From: Clostridia bacterium | Lineage (GTDB): Bacteria; Bacillota; Clostridia; Oscillospirales; CAG-272 | Direction: 5' to 3' | NCBI GenBank assembly: GCA_017504785.1 | Contig: JAFVQL010000081.1 | Span: 1-56,148 of the forward strand | DNA length: 56,148 bases | Shown here: in pieces, positions 41,730 through 51,104 of the stretch | Numbering within the stretch: the stretch's first letter is position 1 | Layout of the letters: each line of letters begins with the position of its first letter | Notes under the pieces: model-generated | Database searches by the model: none | Told to the model about the DNA's origin: nothing | Seen by the model: only the letters and a program-made list of their open reading frames with translations | Made by a program: the position numbers and the translations under genes

Positions 41730-42248
41730 ATGGAATTTGAAACGCTGATACGCGAGAGATATTCGGTCAGAAGCTTTAAGCCCGCGCCTGTTTCGAAAAA
41801 GGATCTGGACACGATCCTTGCGGCAGGGCATGCGGCACCGACGGGGTGCAATAAGCAGCCCCAGAGGATCCTCGTGCTGAACACCGAGGAGTCTATCACG
41901 CTTTTGAGGGGCTGCACGAGAAGCCATTTCGGCGCGCCGTGCGCTCTGCTGATCTGCCACAACAAAAACGAAAGCTGGGTGCGCCCTTATGACGGTGCTT
42001 TGGCTTCGCCCGTGGATGCCGCGATCGTCACCACGCACATGATGCTTGCCGCGCACAATATCGGCGTCGGCTCTTGCTGGGTGATGCATTTTAATCCCGA
42101 TGCCGTGCGCGAGGCCTTTCGCATTCCCGAAGCTTTTGAGCCTGTCGCGCTCCTTCTTCTCGGCTATCCTGCCGAGGATGCAAGCCCGAAGCATTATCAT
42201 AACGAGTTCCGCCCAATGGACGAGGTCGTGTATTACGGGCATTTTTGA
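41730..42248 (+). CDS. Nitroreductase family protein
   Basis: RYSVRSF, APTGCNKQP, MLAAHNIGVGSCWV, LGYP. Confidence 0.93.
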   Translation: MEFETLIRERYSVRSFKPAPVSKKDLDTILAAGHAAPTGCNKQPQRILVLNTEESITLLRGCTRSHFGAPCALLICHNKNESWVRPYDGALASPVDAAIVTTHMMLAAHNIGVGSCWVMHFNPDAVREAFRIPEAFEPVALLLLGYPAEDASPKHYHNEFRPMDEVVYYGHF

Positions 42249-42271
42249 CGCTTTATAATTTCCGATATAAG

Positions 42272-42305
42272 AAAAAATACCGATTGGCAGCCAATCGGTA
42301 TTTTT
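42272..42305. terminator. Bidirectional intrinsic terminator between the nitroreductase gene and fba
   Basis: aaaaaataccgattgg-cag-ccaatcggtattttt. Confidence 0.85.
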
Positions 42306-42323
42306 ATATTTTATGTTTTTTAA

Positions 42324-43283
42324 TTACAGAGTGCCCTTGGAGCCAAGAACGTTCACGATCTTGTGGCTAACCATCTTCTTGACCTCTGCTCTTGCAACCT
42401 TGAGATACTCTCTGGGGTCGAAGGCTTCGGGCTTCTCGGCAAATACGCGGCGGATGCCCGCGGTCATGGCAAGACGGATATCGGAGTCGATATTGATCTT
42501 GCAGACAGCCATTTTCGCGGCCTTGCGAAGCTGCTCCTCGGGAATACCAACGGCATCGGGAAGCTTGCCGCCGAGAGCGTTGATCTCGGAAACGCACTCA
42601 TGCGCTACGCTGGATGCGCCGTGAAGAACGATGGGGAAGCCGGGCAGTCTCTTGCCAACCTCTTCGAGAATGTCAAAGCGAAGGGGCGGGGGAATAAGAA
42701 CGCCGTGCTCGTTTCTGGTGCACTGCTTTGCAGTGAACTTATATGCACCGTGAGAGGTACCGATAGAGATCGCGAGAGAGTCAACGCCGGTTCTGGTAAC
42801 GAACTCCTCAACCTCCTCGGGCTTGGTGTAAGAGGAATGCTCTGCCACAACGTCATCCTCAACGCCGGCAAGAACGCCGAGCTCACCCTCTACGACAACG
42901 CCGCGCGCGTGTGCGTACTCAACGACCTTCTTCGTGAGAGCAATGTTGTCCTCGAAGGAGTGGTGCGAGCCGTCGATCATAACGGAGGTGAAGCCGCCGT
43001 CGATGCAGGACTTACAAACCTCGAAATCTGCGCCGTGGTCAAGGTGGAGCGCGAGGTCAATGCCGCTGTCCTCAACAGCCGCCTTTGCAAGTGCCATGAG
43101 GTAAGCGTGCTTTGCATATTTTCTCGCACCGGCGGAAACCTGCAGGATAACGGGAGATCTCTCTTCCGCAGCTGCCTCGGTGATCGCCTGGATGATCTCC
43201 ATATTGTTAATGTTGAAAGCACCGATGGCGTAGCCGCCCTCGTAAGCCTTCTTGAACATTTCCTTGGTTGTTACAAGTGCCAT
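42324..43283 (-). CDS. fba: Fructose-1,6-bisphosphate aldolase, class II
   Basis: GAFNINNME, LHLDHG, SVMIDGS, GTSHGAYK, VLHGAS, KINIDSD. Confidence 0.97.
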   Translation of the reverse strand: MALVTTKEMFKKAYEGGYAIGAFNINNMEIIQAITEAAAEERSPVILQVSAGARKYAKHAYLMALAKAAVEDSGIDLALHLDHGADFEVCKSCIDGGFTSVMIDGSHHSFEDNIALTKKVVEYAHARGVVVEGELGVLAGVEDDVVAEHSSYTKPEEVEEFVTRTGVDSLAISIGTSHGAYKFTAKQCTRNEHGVLIPPPLRFDILEEVGKRLPGFPIVLHGASSVAHECVSEINALGGKLPDAVGIPEEQLRKAAKMAVCKINIDSDIRLAMTAGIRRVFAEKPEAFDPREYLKVARAEVKKMVSHKIVNVLGSKGTL

Positions 43284-43469
43284 TTTAGTTCTCCTTGTTA
43301 TTTTATTCTCATACGGTATCTATTTTACACTTTTTTTAGGGAAAAATCAACCCCTATTTTGAAAAATGGGAAAATATAATTGATATTTTATGAAAGATGC
43401 GTTTTTTTAGCGCATTTTATCATCGGACGGCAAAATGAAAGCGGTTATGTAATTTTTATTAATATTATT

Positions 43470-43783
43470 AAAAGGGACGAGATTTTCTCGTCCCTTTTGC
43501 ACTACACCTTGCATTGCAAGGTATAGTGTGTTATACGATATTTTCTTTTCGGATGGTAAAGGAATGATGTTTTTGCTTACGCAAAAGTGATATTATTCGC
43601 CTTGCTCATCGTGATGTTGCTCCCGATGGTCGCGAGTGATGTGATGTTTGCCCATTGTGCCGAAGGCACAACATCACAGCCAAAGGCTACATCATTAGGC
43701 GAAGCCGACATCACTTGCCCGTGGGGGCAAACATCGTTCGGCTGACCTGCTTTATCGCAGGTCGCCGTTTCTCGTCCCTTTTG
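43470..43783 (-). repeat. Dispersed structured element, copy 3 (minus strand), bracketed by a 16-bp direct repeat
   Basis: Reverse complement aligns with copy 2 over its whole length; tttctcgtcccttttg at 43484-43499 and 43768-43783. Confidence 0.9.
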
Positions 43784-43801
43784 TGTTTTGCTATTAAAAA
43801 T

Positions 43802-46800
43802 TTAGTGCGGGGATATGGAATTCAGCGGAACGACACCCGATGCAGCGTCCGAGAGCCACGCATCGACCGCATCCTTGGGATAGGTAATAATAACGTCGCC
43901 CACCGTATTCAGATCGAGCGTTACTTCGCCTGCTTCAGCATTCAAGATCTCTCCGTTGAAGCTTACTGTATCGGGATGGCCGAAGCGCCATGCCCAATGC
44001 AAGGTCCTTAAGGTGTACTCACCGTAGGGAAGATGGTCGATATCCATATAACCGATATCGAAGATGGTAAAGGTAACGTCAATATTTGCGGTGGCGGTTC
44101 CTGCCTTTCCTATAAGACGGAATACGAACGCCTGCGGGTCATTTTCCACCGTTTCAAATCCTTCCACGTGAAAGCGCCTTGTCGTGGGAATGACCTCTGC
44201 ATATACGTAGACCGTCTGACCCGCCAAAGAAACCTCGGGATCGGGGAGAGAGATCACCATGTTGTCGTTTGAAAGCCAGCCTGCGGGGACGCTCTGACGC
44301 TCGCCGTCTCCGATGGCGTAATACCAAGCGTTCAGAATGTATCCGTCGTTCCAAAGCACAAGTGTTTTTGCTTTAGGCTTTCCCGCACCGATCGATACCG
44401 TATCGGTAGGCTCGGCAATCGTACCGCCAACGCCGATGATCTGATACCGGTAATTCACGCTGAGACCCTGATAGGAGCAGATAATTTCCTGATCGTCGCT
44501 TGCCGTCTTTGCCACCTGGGAGCTGCCGTTGGTAAGCGTGTATCCGTCAATTGTCTTCGCAATATCGGCAATGGAGACCATTTGCTGATATTTTGCCTCG
44601 CCCTCGACCGCGTCGGCAAGCTCTTGCGTAGTTCCTTCTCTATAATACTTTACAGTATATTTGTACGTTTTACGCTTATAGTGAAGCTTCAACACAAGTC
44701 CCTTTTTGAGAGTACCCGTGTCGGGATCCACCGCGGTAGCAGTCGCAGTACCGCTTGTAATGTTGAGGGGATTATCCGGGTCGAACTCGAAATGCTGTAT
44801 CTCTCTGATATGCTCGTCTTGCTCGGCATCTATTTCGGTTCCATCTGCTACCTTGATCTGCTGCGGGACGTTAGGGAAGTTGTAGATCAAATATTCAGTT
44901 CCGTCCACGGACTCAATATAATAGAGGACCTGATAAAGAGCCTGACCGTGTTCGTCAGTCCACTTGAAGATCGCATTGTTTTGGTCGGAATCCGTTGTAA
45001 GGATAAGGTCCTGGATAAAGTAGTCGGGGGACATATCCGTAATAATGGTCCAAATCTCTTCTTCATCTTCAGACGACAGATCGCCGTATTGCTTCTCTGC
45101 CGCTTGAATGATATTCTCTTTTGTAATACCTTCGCGGAAGGATACCGCAACGGATGCTGCCTGCGTTTTGAGATCTTCGCCGCGAATTTCGTGCGGAATG
45201 GTGAGAGAAATAGAGTTTCCGCCCAAAATGGATGCAAACGTTTCATTGACAAAGTTGTGCGTAACGGTGTACTCGACCGTATCGAGAGATGAATAAACGA
45301 AAAGGAAAACGTTTTCGTCTTCATTCGCACTCATTACCATGGTGTGAGATCGGATATCGGGGAAGAAATTCGCTCTGTAATCTTCGTCAAGATCCTCGCC
45401 AACCTTTGCTTTGAAGGTCTTTGTAATACCCGCCAAGGATGAGCCGCCGATGGACTCTGCGATATCTACGTATTCTTCGCCGTTAAAATAAACGTATCGA
45501 ACGCTGTATTTTACGGCAGTACGTGTCGTCCAACCGGCATAGATCTCCATATCGAACTTCACGGACATCGTGTTAAAGTCAAATCGCACCGGAGTTTCGT
45601 CAACGAGATAATACCAACCGGTGAAAATATTGTGATCCTCATCGTCAATGCCGGGATGCTCTTGGTCGGGAAGATTGCCGGGATGATCGCCGCCCACGCC
45701 GGGGTGCTGAATATGCAAATAGTTGGGCTCGTCAATGAACGAGTTAAATAAAACCGTCTGTGTATCAAAAAGCGTGGTTTTTGATTTATCGGTGTAGATA
45801 TTGACCGTGTAGGAGCAGGTCTCCCATTTTGCATAGAGAACAAGTCCGCCCTCGGGCATCGTTGTGCTGCCGTCAAAGACAAATTCCGTTCCGTCTGCAC
45901 AGTTGGGCGTTGAATACCAGCCGGCGAATCGGATAGCGCCCGTTTCCTTCGTGGAAGGATAGGGAACGTCTTTCGCCATAAGCTCAAGGGAAGCGCCGAT
46001 CGGCTGCTGATACTTCAAAACCTTCGTATGCGTCGAAAGCGTCGTACCCAAGCTGACAAATTCCAGCTTGTATTCTTCTCTTAAGTAGTAAAGAGAAACC
46101 TCGTAGTCCGTTTCGTCCTTGATCTGACCGCCCGAAACTGCGGGATCGGACTCAAATTTTTTAAATCCGCGAATATCGAAGAAGTCCTCATCCGGTGTCA
46201 GATAACTATACTTCGCAGAAATGGAGTTGTTCAGATCGAAGGAATAGGTTTTGTAAACCTTATCCGCTTCGCCGAGAGATTCGAGGTAATAGTTGATCGT
46301 GTAAATGTTTTTTGCAGTACCTACGTCTTCGTTAAACGTGATGTCTGCGGGCGGCATAAAGGGAACGTATACGAGAACCTCTCCAAAATACGTTTCGTCC
46401 CTATCTTTCCAGCGCTCACCTTCGGTGAAATGCTCTTCGATACTCGTCCATATCTTGGATATATCGGCATTGTATTTAGCCCTGAACTGCAGGAAGTTTT
46501 GTGTCTGCTTCGTCTGGCAGTCGGCTGTACACGTATGTTCTATGAGCTGACACGTTCTTTTGCAGTCGCCGTTATGCGTATGGGCTTCCTTGCCGCAGTT
46601 GTGCGAGTAGCAGTTAATATTGTGGCGATGCGCTTCCTTGCCGCAAGCGTAGACGCAATCGCCCTCGCCGTGAACGTGTCGATCGATCGTACAGGTGCAT
46701 CCGCTTGTATGGTCGTGCTCTGTGAGAGGGCAAGTACAATTTCCGTCGCCGTGCGTGTGAATTTCAAGTCCGCAGATAGCGGTTGCCGCGGCGGATGCTG

Positions 46801-49030
46801 TGGAACCGTCCTGCCAGGCGGGGTTAGATATTCCGGAGGCTGTAACACCGTTGTAGTTGGTGCCTGTACCAAGATAGAACCACTGGTTATGAACGTACAA
46901 GAAGTTGTAGATCGTTCCGTTGAACCACCCGATTCTTATGCGGTAAACGTAACCGTTCAGAGGGCCTGCGATCTTGCTCTGCAACGACGTATACGCGTTT
47001 TTCTGGTTGTTATCGGTAAGAGAGGCTGCTTCCTTGAGTGTGTTGCGTGAGAAGCAGGTATCGTGGTGAAGCGCATGCTCGACCTTTTCACAGTCGCTGT
47101 TTGCGCCTGTGCCGTGAACGTGGTAGGGAATGCTGCAGCAGGATCCATCGTGCACGTGTTCTGTCAATGAACAGCATGCGCCAACGTGAAGGTGCTCTTC
47201 TTTTTCGCAGACCAATTCGGCGTTTCCGCATGCTTCGGTGTGCACGTGTGCCTCGAGGCCGCAGTCGGCACTGTTGCACGCTTCGGTGTGTTGATGACCA
47301 ACCACGTCGTTGGTGATACAAACCGCTTCGCCGTTAAACGTCATTGTGTAGTATCTTCTGAGGTAATAAGCGTTTATAGCGGTCGTGCCGTCGGGGGAAA
47401 TCGGAACGTCTTTGTCCGAAAGCGCTTCGCAGAACTCAAAGCAGCTTGCATCGGGAATGGAAAGGTCATCCACGGCGCTTGCCTTTGGATCATCACCGAG
47501 AGGAACGCCGGTAACGGTTTTGAAGCTGTCGAGCGTAAAGCCGGAGTCGTTGGCATTTTCAAGCCAATAAATTACCGTGTAGGACGTTGTGCCCGCCTCC
47601 CACTGTGCTTGATAATTCAGGTTATGCTCAACGGAGTTGATGATGTATCCTCCGTTCGCATTCGTGGGGTAGGGGTGCTCCGTTACCTGTTCGGTATCGT
47701 CCGGGTCATTTTTTACAGATTTCAGCTCCCAGTTCAGGAAGGCATAGCCGGGGCGTGTCGGGGGCGGAAGAACGACGGTCGTTTTGAAGCGGGCATAGTG
47801 GTTTGTAACGCCGTATGCTTCGTTATTGTCGTTCAGATCGAAATTTACGAAATAGTAGATCCTATCGTAATAAATTTCTACGGCAAACGAGCCGTCTTCG
47901 GAAATGGCGAGATCGGAATCGTAGTAAAGAGGGGAAAAGCCGAGGCGCGGCGTATCGAGTCCCTCGCCAATGCGGGCGTTCGCAATGCCGGTCATTGTGA
48001 TCGTTTCGGCAAGGGTGTATTCGTCGTCGTAAAGATTCTGCTCGAAAACCATAACCGAGTACATAACCTCTTGGGGGATGAAATATACGTCGATCGTGAC
48101 GTTATCCACTTGGTTGTCAAACTGAATGCTGGTTGCCAAAACGTATTCGTCTATATCCTCTTCTTCTTCGTTTTCAGGCCGTGTTTTGTCGCCGTAGGCG
48201 ATCTTGTTTCTTTGTATATAGCTTTCTAACTCGGCTTCATCTTTGGGCGCACCCGTAACGTATTTTGCCTGGTCAACCCTTACGTAGGGAAGATAACCGA
48301 TTTCAAGCGGTGTGGCTACCGTGCCTGTATAGGAAGTGTTTTCGGGGAGCGTGACCGTAAACACGTTCGCTGCATTTTCGCCGTCAAGGTTGTCGAGCGC
48401 CGGGTTTTTGTGACGGTACGCATAGTTGATCTCTATCTGGAAAAGAGAGAAAGCCCCCTCCAAAAGATTCGGCGCATCCGCCATTGCGCGGGCGGATAAG
48501 GGTGCCAATGCGGATTTTTCTTTCGCCGCCCCCGCCTCCGCGGTTTCTGTTGCCGCTGCCTTGCTTTCGGACGCGGGAAGGATCACCTTTAGTATATCGC
48601 TGACGTATTTATCGTCATCGACCGTAACGATACAGCGCAAGCAGGCGGCGCCGTCAACGGTCGCCGCATTGTAAAGCAATGCTTCGGTGATCACCGCGAA
48701 GCTGAATACGTAACCGCTGACGGTTGCCCATCTTCCTTCGCCGATCATGACCTGCCAAGAATATCTGGCATCATTGCCAAGAGAGGGGTCCAGCGTTGTG
48801 AATGCGTAAAGCTTGCCGCCCTTTGCAAGCGAGACCGGATTGCTGTCCTCGCAAGAAAGCTTTACCATTCCTTCTATATAGCTTTCGGTATTGTCTTGCG
48901 TTTGCTCCGGGGCGGGCGCCGCTGCGGTGCTGCCGTCATCTGCTACGGAAAAGACCTTGATAGGAAACGCCGTCACAACGTCCATAAGAAGGACCAGAGC
49001 CAAAAGCAAGGAAAATATTTTGTTTTTCAT
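43802..49030 (-). CDS. Large secreted adhesin-like protein (1742 aa): signal peptide, InlB B-repeat-like and MucBP-like domains, Cys/His-rich repeat array
   Basis: MKNKIFSLLLALVLL... signal; PTRPGYAFLNW...QAQWE, RFAGWYST...LVLYAKWE and FTGWYY...IYAGW repeats; YTVIYWLE / YTVKYYRE modules; about 12 HxH-Cys units; AGGAGG RBS. Confidence 0.85.
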   Translation of the reverse strand: MKNKIFSLLLALVLLMDVVTAFPIKVFSVADDGSTAAAPAPEQTQDNTESYIEGMVKLSCEDSNPVSLAKGGKLYAFTTLDPSLGNDARYSWQVMIGEGRWATVSGYVFSFAVITEALLYNAATVDGAACLRCIVTVDDDKYVSDILKVILPASESKAAATETAEAGAAKEKSALAPLSARAMADAPNLLEGAFSLFQIEINYAYRHKNPALDNLDGENAANVFTVTLPENTSYTGTVATPLEIGYLPYVRVDQAKYVTGAPKDEAELESYIQRNKIAYGDKTRPENEEEEDIDEYVLATSIQFDNQVDNVTIDVYFIPQEVMYSVMVFEQNLYDDEYTLAETITMTGIANARIGEGLDTPRLGFSPLYYDSDLAISEDGSFAVEIYYDRIYYFVNFDLNDNNEAYGVTNHYARFKTTVVLPPPTRPGYAFLNWELKSVKNDPDDTEQVTEHPYPTNANGGYIINSVEHNLNYQAQWEAGTTSYTVIYWLENANDSGFTLDSFKTVTGVPLGDDPKASAVDDLSIPDASCFEFCEALSDKDVPISPDGTTAINAYYLRRYYTMTFNGEAVCITNDVVGHQHTEACNSADCGLEAHVHTEACGNAELVCEKEEHLHVGACCSLTEHVHDGSCCSIPYHVHGTGANSDCEKVEHALHHDTCFSRNTLKEAASLTDNNQKNAYTSLQSKIAGPLNGYVYRIRIGWFNGTIYNFLYVHNQWFYLGTGTNYNGVTASGISNPAWQDGSTASAAATAICGLEIHTHGDGNCTCPLTEHDHTSGCTCTIDRHVHGEGDCVYACGKEAHRHNINCYSHNCGKEAHTHNGDCKRTCQLIEHTCTADCQTKQTQNFLQFRAKYNADISKIWTSIEEHFTEGERWKDRDETYFGEVLVYVPFMPPADITFNEDVGTAKNIYTINYYLESLGEADKVYKTYSFDLNNSISAKYSYLTPDEDFFDIRGFKKFESDPAVSGGQIKDETDYEVSLYYLREEYKLEFVSLGTTLSTHTKVLKYQQPIGASLELMAKDVPYPSTKETGAIRFAGWYSTPNCADGTEFVFDGSTTMPEGGLVLYAKWETCSYTVNIYTDKSKTTLFDTQTVLFNSFIDEPNYLHIQHPGVGGDHPGNLPDQEHPGIDDEDHNIFTGWYYLVDETPVRFDFNTMSVKFDMEIYAGWTTRTAVKYSVRYVYFNGEEYVDIAESIGGSSLAGITKTFKAKVGEDLDEDYRANFFPDIRSHTMVMSANEDENVFLFVYSSLDTVEYTVTHNFVNETFASILGGNSISLTIPHEIRGEDLKTQAASVAVSFREGITKENIIQAAEKQYGDLSSEDEEEIWTIITDMSPDYFIQDLILTTDSDQNNAIFKWTDEHGQALYQVLYYIESVDGTEYLIYNFPNVPQQIKVADGTEIDAEQDEHIREIQHFEFDPDNPLNITSGTATATAVDPDTGTLKKGLVLKLHYKRKTYKYTVKYYREGTTQELADAVEGEAKYQQMVSIADIAKTIDGYTLTNGSSQVAKTASDDQEIICSYQGLSVNYRYQIIGVGGTIAEPTDTVSIGAGKPKAKTLVLWNDGYILNAWYYAIGDGERQSVPAGWLSNDNMVISLPDPEVSLAGQTVYVYAEVIPTTRRFHVEGFETVENDPQAFVFRLIGKAGTATANIDVTFTIFDIGYMDIDHLPYGEYTLRTLHWAWRFGHPDTVSFNGEILNAEAGEVTLDLNTVGDVIITYPKDAVDAWLSDAASGVVPLNSISPH

Positions 49031-49046
49031 TTGGTACCTCCTTACC

Positions 49047-49628
49047 TTAAGGCGTCGAAATCCGTTCTGTCAGCATACTGCCTTTTCCTTCAACCTCAAC
49101 GACTTCAACGGCGGGCCATGCCGCGTGAACTGCGTCGATGGGATCTGCCTGGATTGAGGTGGTGAGAAGCTGAAGGCGAAGCTCATAGCCTGCTTTTTCG
49201 GTTTCCAGCCGTGTGGCTTGCGCCAGGATCGTTACGGATTCTCCGGGGAGAAGCACCTTCTCGTAATAATAGAATCCGTCACTCTCTGCGTGAAACCAAT
49301 TCTCTGTTATAAAGGTGATATCGAAATCTACGCCTTCCTTCGGGACGTCGGAAGAAATCGTGTGCTCGTCTTCCACGGAGATCCAGTTGACGATCGCAAG
49401 GGCGCGAACGTAAACGGGGATGTTACCCACGTTTGTGATTGCCTCTTGATCCTCCAGCTGGATCCTGGCAACGGGGGGGATAAACGTGTTGTTCGTTGTG
49501 CCGGTTCGGGTCGCGATATACGCAATGGTTCCGCCGATCGCCACGGATAACAAGAGCGTTGAAATTATGGATAGGACGATCGCGCGCCTTCCTCGGTGTT
49601 TAAAGAAGTCAATGATACGTTGTTTCAT
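49047..49628 (-). CDS. SipW-dependent-type signal peptide protein (TasA/BsaA-like, putative minor subunit)
   Basis: AIGGTIAYIATRTGTTNNTF; NVGNIPVYVR; W..ESDGFYYYEKVL.PGES; SIQA...AW. Confidence 0.8.
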   Translation of the reverse strand: MKQRIIDFFKHRGRRAIVLSIISTLLLSVAIGGTIAYIATRTGTTNNTFIPPVARIQLEDQEAITNVGNIPVYVRALAIVNWISVEDEHTISSDVPKEGVDFDITFITENWFHAESDGFYYYEKVLLPGESVTILAQATRLETEKAGYELRLQLLTTSIQADPIDAVHAAWPAVEVVEVEGKGSMLTERISTP

Positions 49629-49637
49629 ATACCCTCC

Positions 49638-50312
49638 TTACGGAGATGCGCTATCGTCTTCAGGCCAGCCCCAAGCGGTGGTGGGATCAGGGGAGTTGCT
49701 GTCCGCCTGCACCGATTGGCAAATAAGCTTGAATTGAATAGAGCTGTTTTTAAATTCGTTGCCCATATCGGGGGAGAAGAACACCGTGTCGAAAAGCGAT
49801 GCGGTCTGCTCTTCGGATGCAAGGGCAAATTTATAGTAATAATATCCCTCGTGATATACCCAAGGGCTTTCAGCGTCTGTCTTGAAATTGCAAACGATGA
49901 GATCTTCCCAGCCGGGGGATATTTCGTGTTCGGATCGAAGAATGTTTTTTTCTGTTTTGATTCTGACGTAAATGGGAATCGTTCCGCTGTTTTTTGCGCC
50001 AACGCCCCCATAGGTGTAAATGCCGGCAGGCATAATTCGTATGGGGTCCGCAGACCACGCATAATTGCCGTCGTCGCTTACCTCGATAAGCGATACGTCG
50101 AGCGAGCCGGTGACGATTCTGTTGTTTTCCGATACCGCGGAATCCGTGAAGTACGCAAAGGTTTGAGCAGCAAAGATGGCGGCGAGCGCGATCATGGCGA
50201 TGATCGGCGCAATAAGAAAATAAGGGCTGCGGTGCTTTTTCGCATTCTTCTTGACGGGCTCGGGCGTGTGCTCGGTCGTATCGGTGATAGGTGTCATAGA
50301 ATGAACGTCCAT
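49638..50312 (-). CDS. SipW-dependent-type signal peptide protein (TasA/CalY-like)
   Basis: QTFAYFTDSAVSENNRIVTGSLDVSL; IMPA; KNSGTIPIYVR; EGYYYY; QSVQA...AWG. Confidence 0.85.
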   Translation of the reverse strand: MDVHSMTPITDTTEHTPEPVKKNAKKHRSPYFLIAPIIAMIALAAIFAAQTFAYFTDSAVSENNRIVTGSLDVSLIEVSDDGNYAWSADPIRIMPAGIYTYGGVGAKNSGTIPIYVRIKTEKNILRSEHEISPGWEDLIVCNFKTDAESPWVYHEGYYYYKFALASEEQTASLFDTVFFSPDMGNEFKNSSIQFKLICQSVQADSNSPDPTTAWGWPEDDSASP

Positions 50313-50446
50313 CTTTTCCTCCTCCTTTGCTGAATTTTTAGGGTAGTGCGTTTTTTTCTTTGTAGATCGTTTCGTTTTGGGTGAGAGGGTGTAGCGTAGG
50401 CCATCCTAACAAAGCCTTGCCACAACCGTCACTTCGTTTGCTTTTT

Positions 50447-50482
50447 GCAAGCGTGCCCCAAGCCCGCTTGGGGCACGCTTGC
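50447..50482. other. Perfect 16-bp intra-operon stem-loop without a U-tract
   Basis: gcaagcgtgccccaag-cccg-cttggggcacgcttgc. Confidence 0.7.
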
Positions 50483-50519
50483 CATAGAAAAAATCCGAGG
50501 GGTGTCAGTTTTGTTGATT

Positions 50520-51074
50520 TTACCACGCCTCCGGGAACGATGTCGCGAGTGCTTCTTCAGCATTGTTAAAGCCAACCGTCTGCGTTGCGTATGCCGTAAC
50601 CTTAACCGTCAGGGTATTGAATGCTGCCATTTCTGCGTTCCAGGCAGCAGGAATTGCCATGTTCGTGGTAAGAGTAGCATTGTTTCCTACGGTCAAAGCC
50701 GCGTTAACGACTGCGTAAATTGCATATCCCTCTGCGGTTGGAGCGTACGCTGTCGTATCGGCGCCGTCAACGGTGAAAACGTTTTGGATCGTTTCCAAAT
50801 TGAAGGTACTCGAGCCATTCGTAACTACTTCGATAATCAAACCAACGTAAGCGTTTTCCGTGCCAACGTTTTCGATCGTAGCAACCTTTTCGTACGTCTG
50901 ACCGGGGTACAATCTCGTGTCGGTCTCGTCGTATGTCAACTCGATATCAACGTTACCTGCCGTGAAAACGTTCGTTTTAGCATCGGTGTCCGTGAAGTAT
51001 GCAAGAGACGTGCCTACGATCGAAAGAACGATCAAGCATGCTGCGAGAGTCATCATGAAAATCTTCTTTTTCAT
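50520..51074 (-). CDS. SipW-dependent-type signal peptide protein (TasA/CalY-like)
   Basis: IVGTSLAYFTDTDAKTNVFTAGNVDIEL; LYPG...K...IENVGTENAYV; VTAYATQ..GF. Confidence 0.88.
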   Translation of the reverse strand: MKKKIFMMTLAACLIVLSIVGTSLAYFTDTDAKTNVFTAGNVDIELTYDETDTRLYPGQTYEKVATIENVGTENAYVGLIIEVVTNGSSTFNLETIQNVFTVDGADTTAYAPTAEGYAIYAVVNAALTVGNNATLTTNMAIPAAWNAEMAAFNTLTVKVTAYATQTVGFNNAEEALATSFPEAW

Positions 51075-51104
51075 TTTGTCATCCTCCGTGGTTCTTGATT
51101 AAAA

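Noticed and set aside
46515-47320. Multihaem cytochrome interpretation of the Cys/His region
   Set aside because: No CxxCH motifs; the pattern is HxH flanked by single cysteines.
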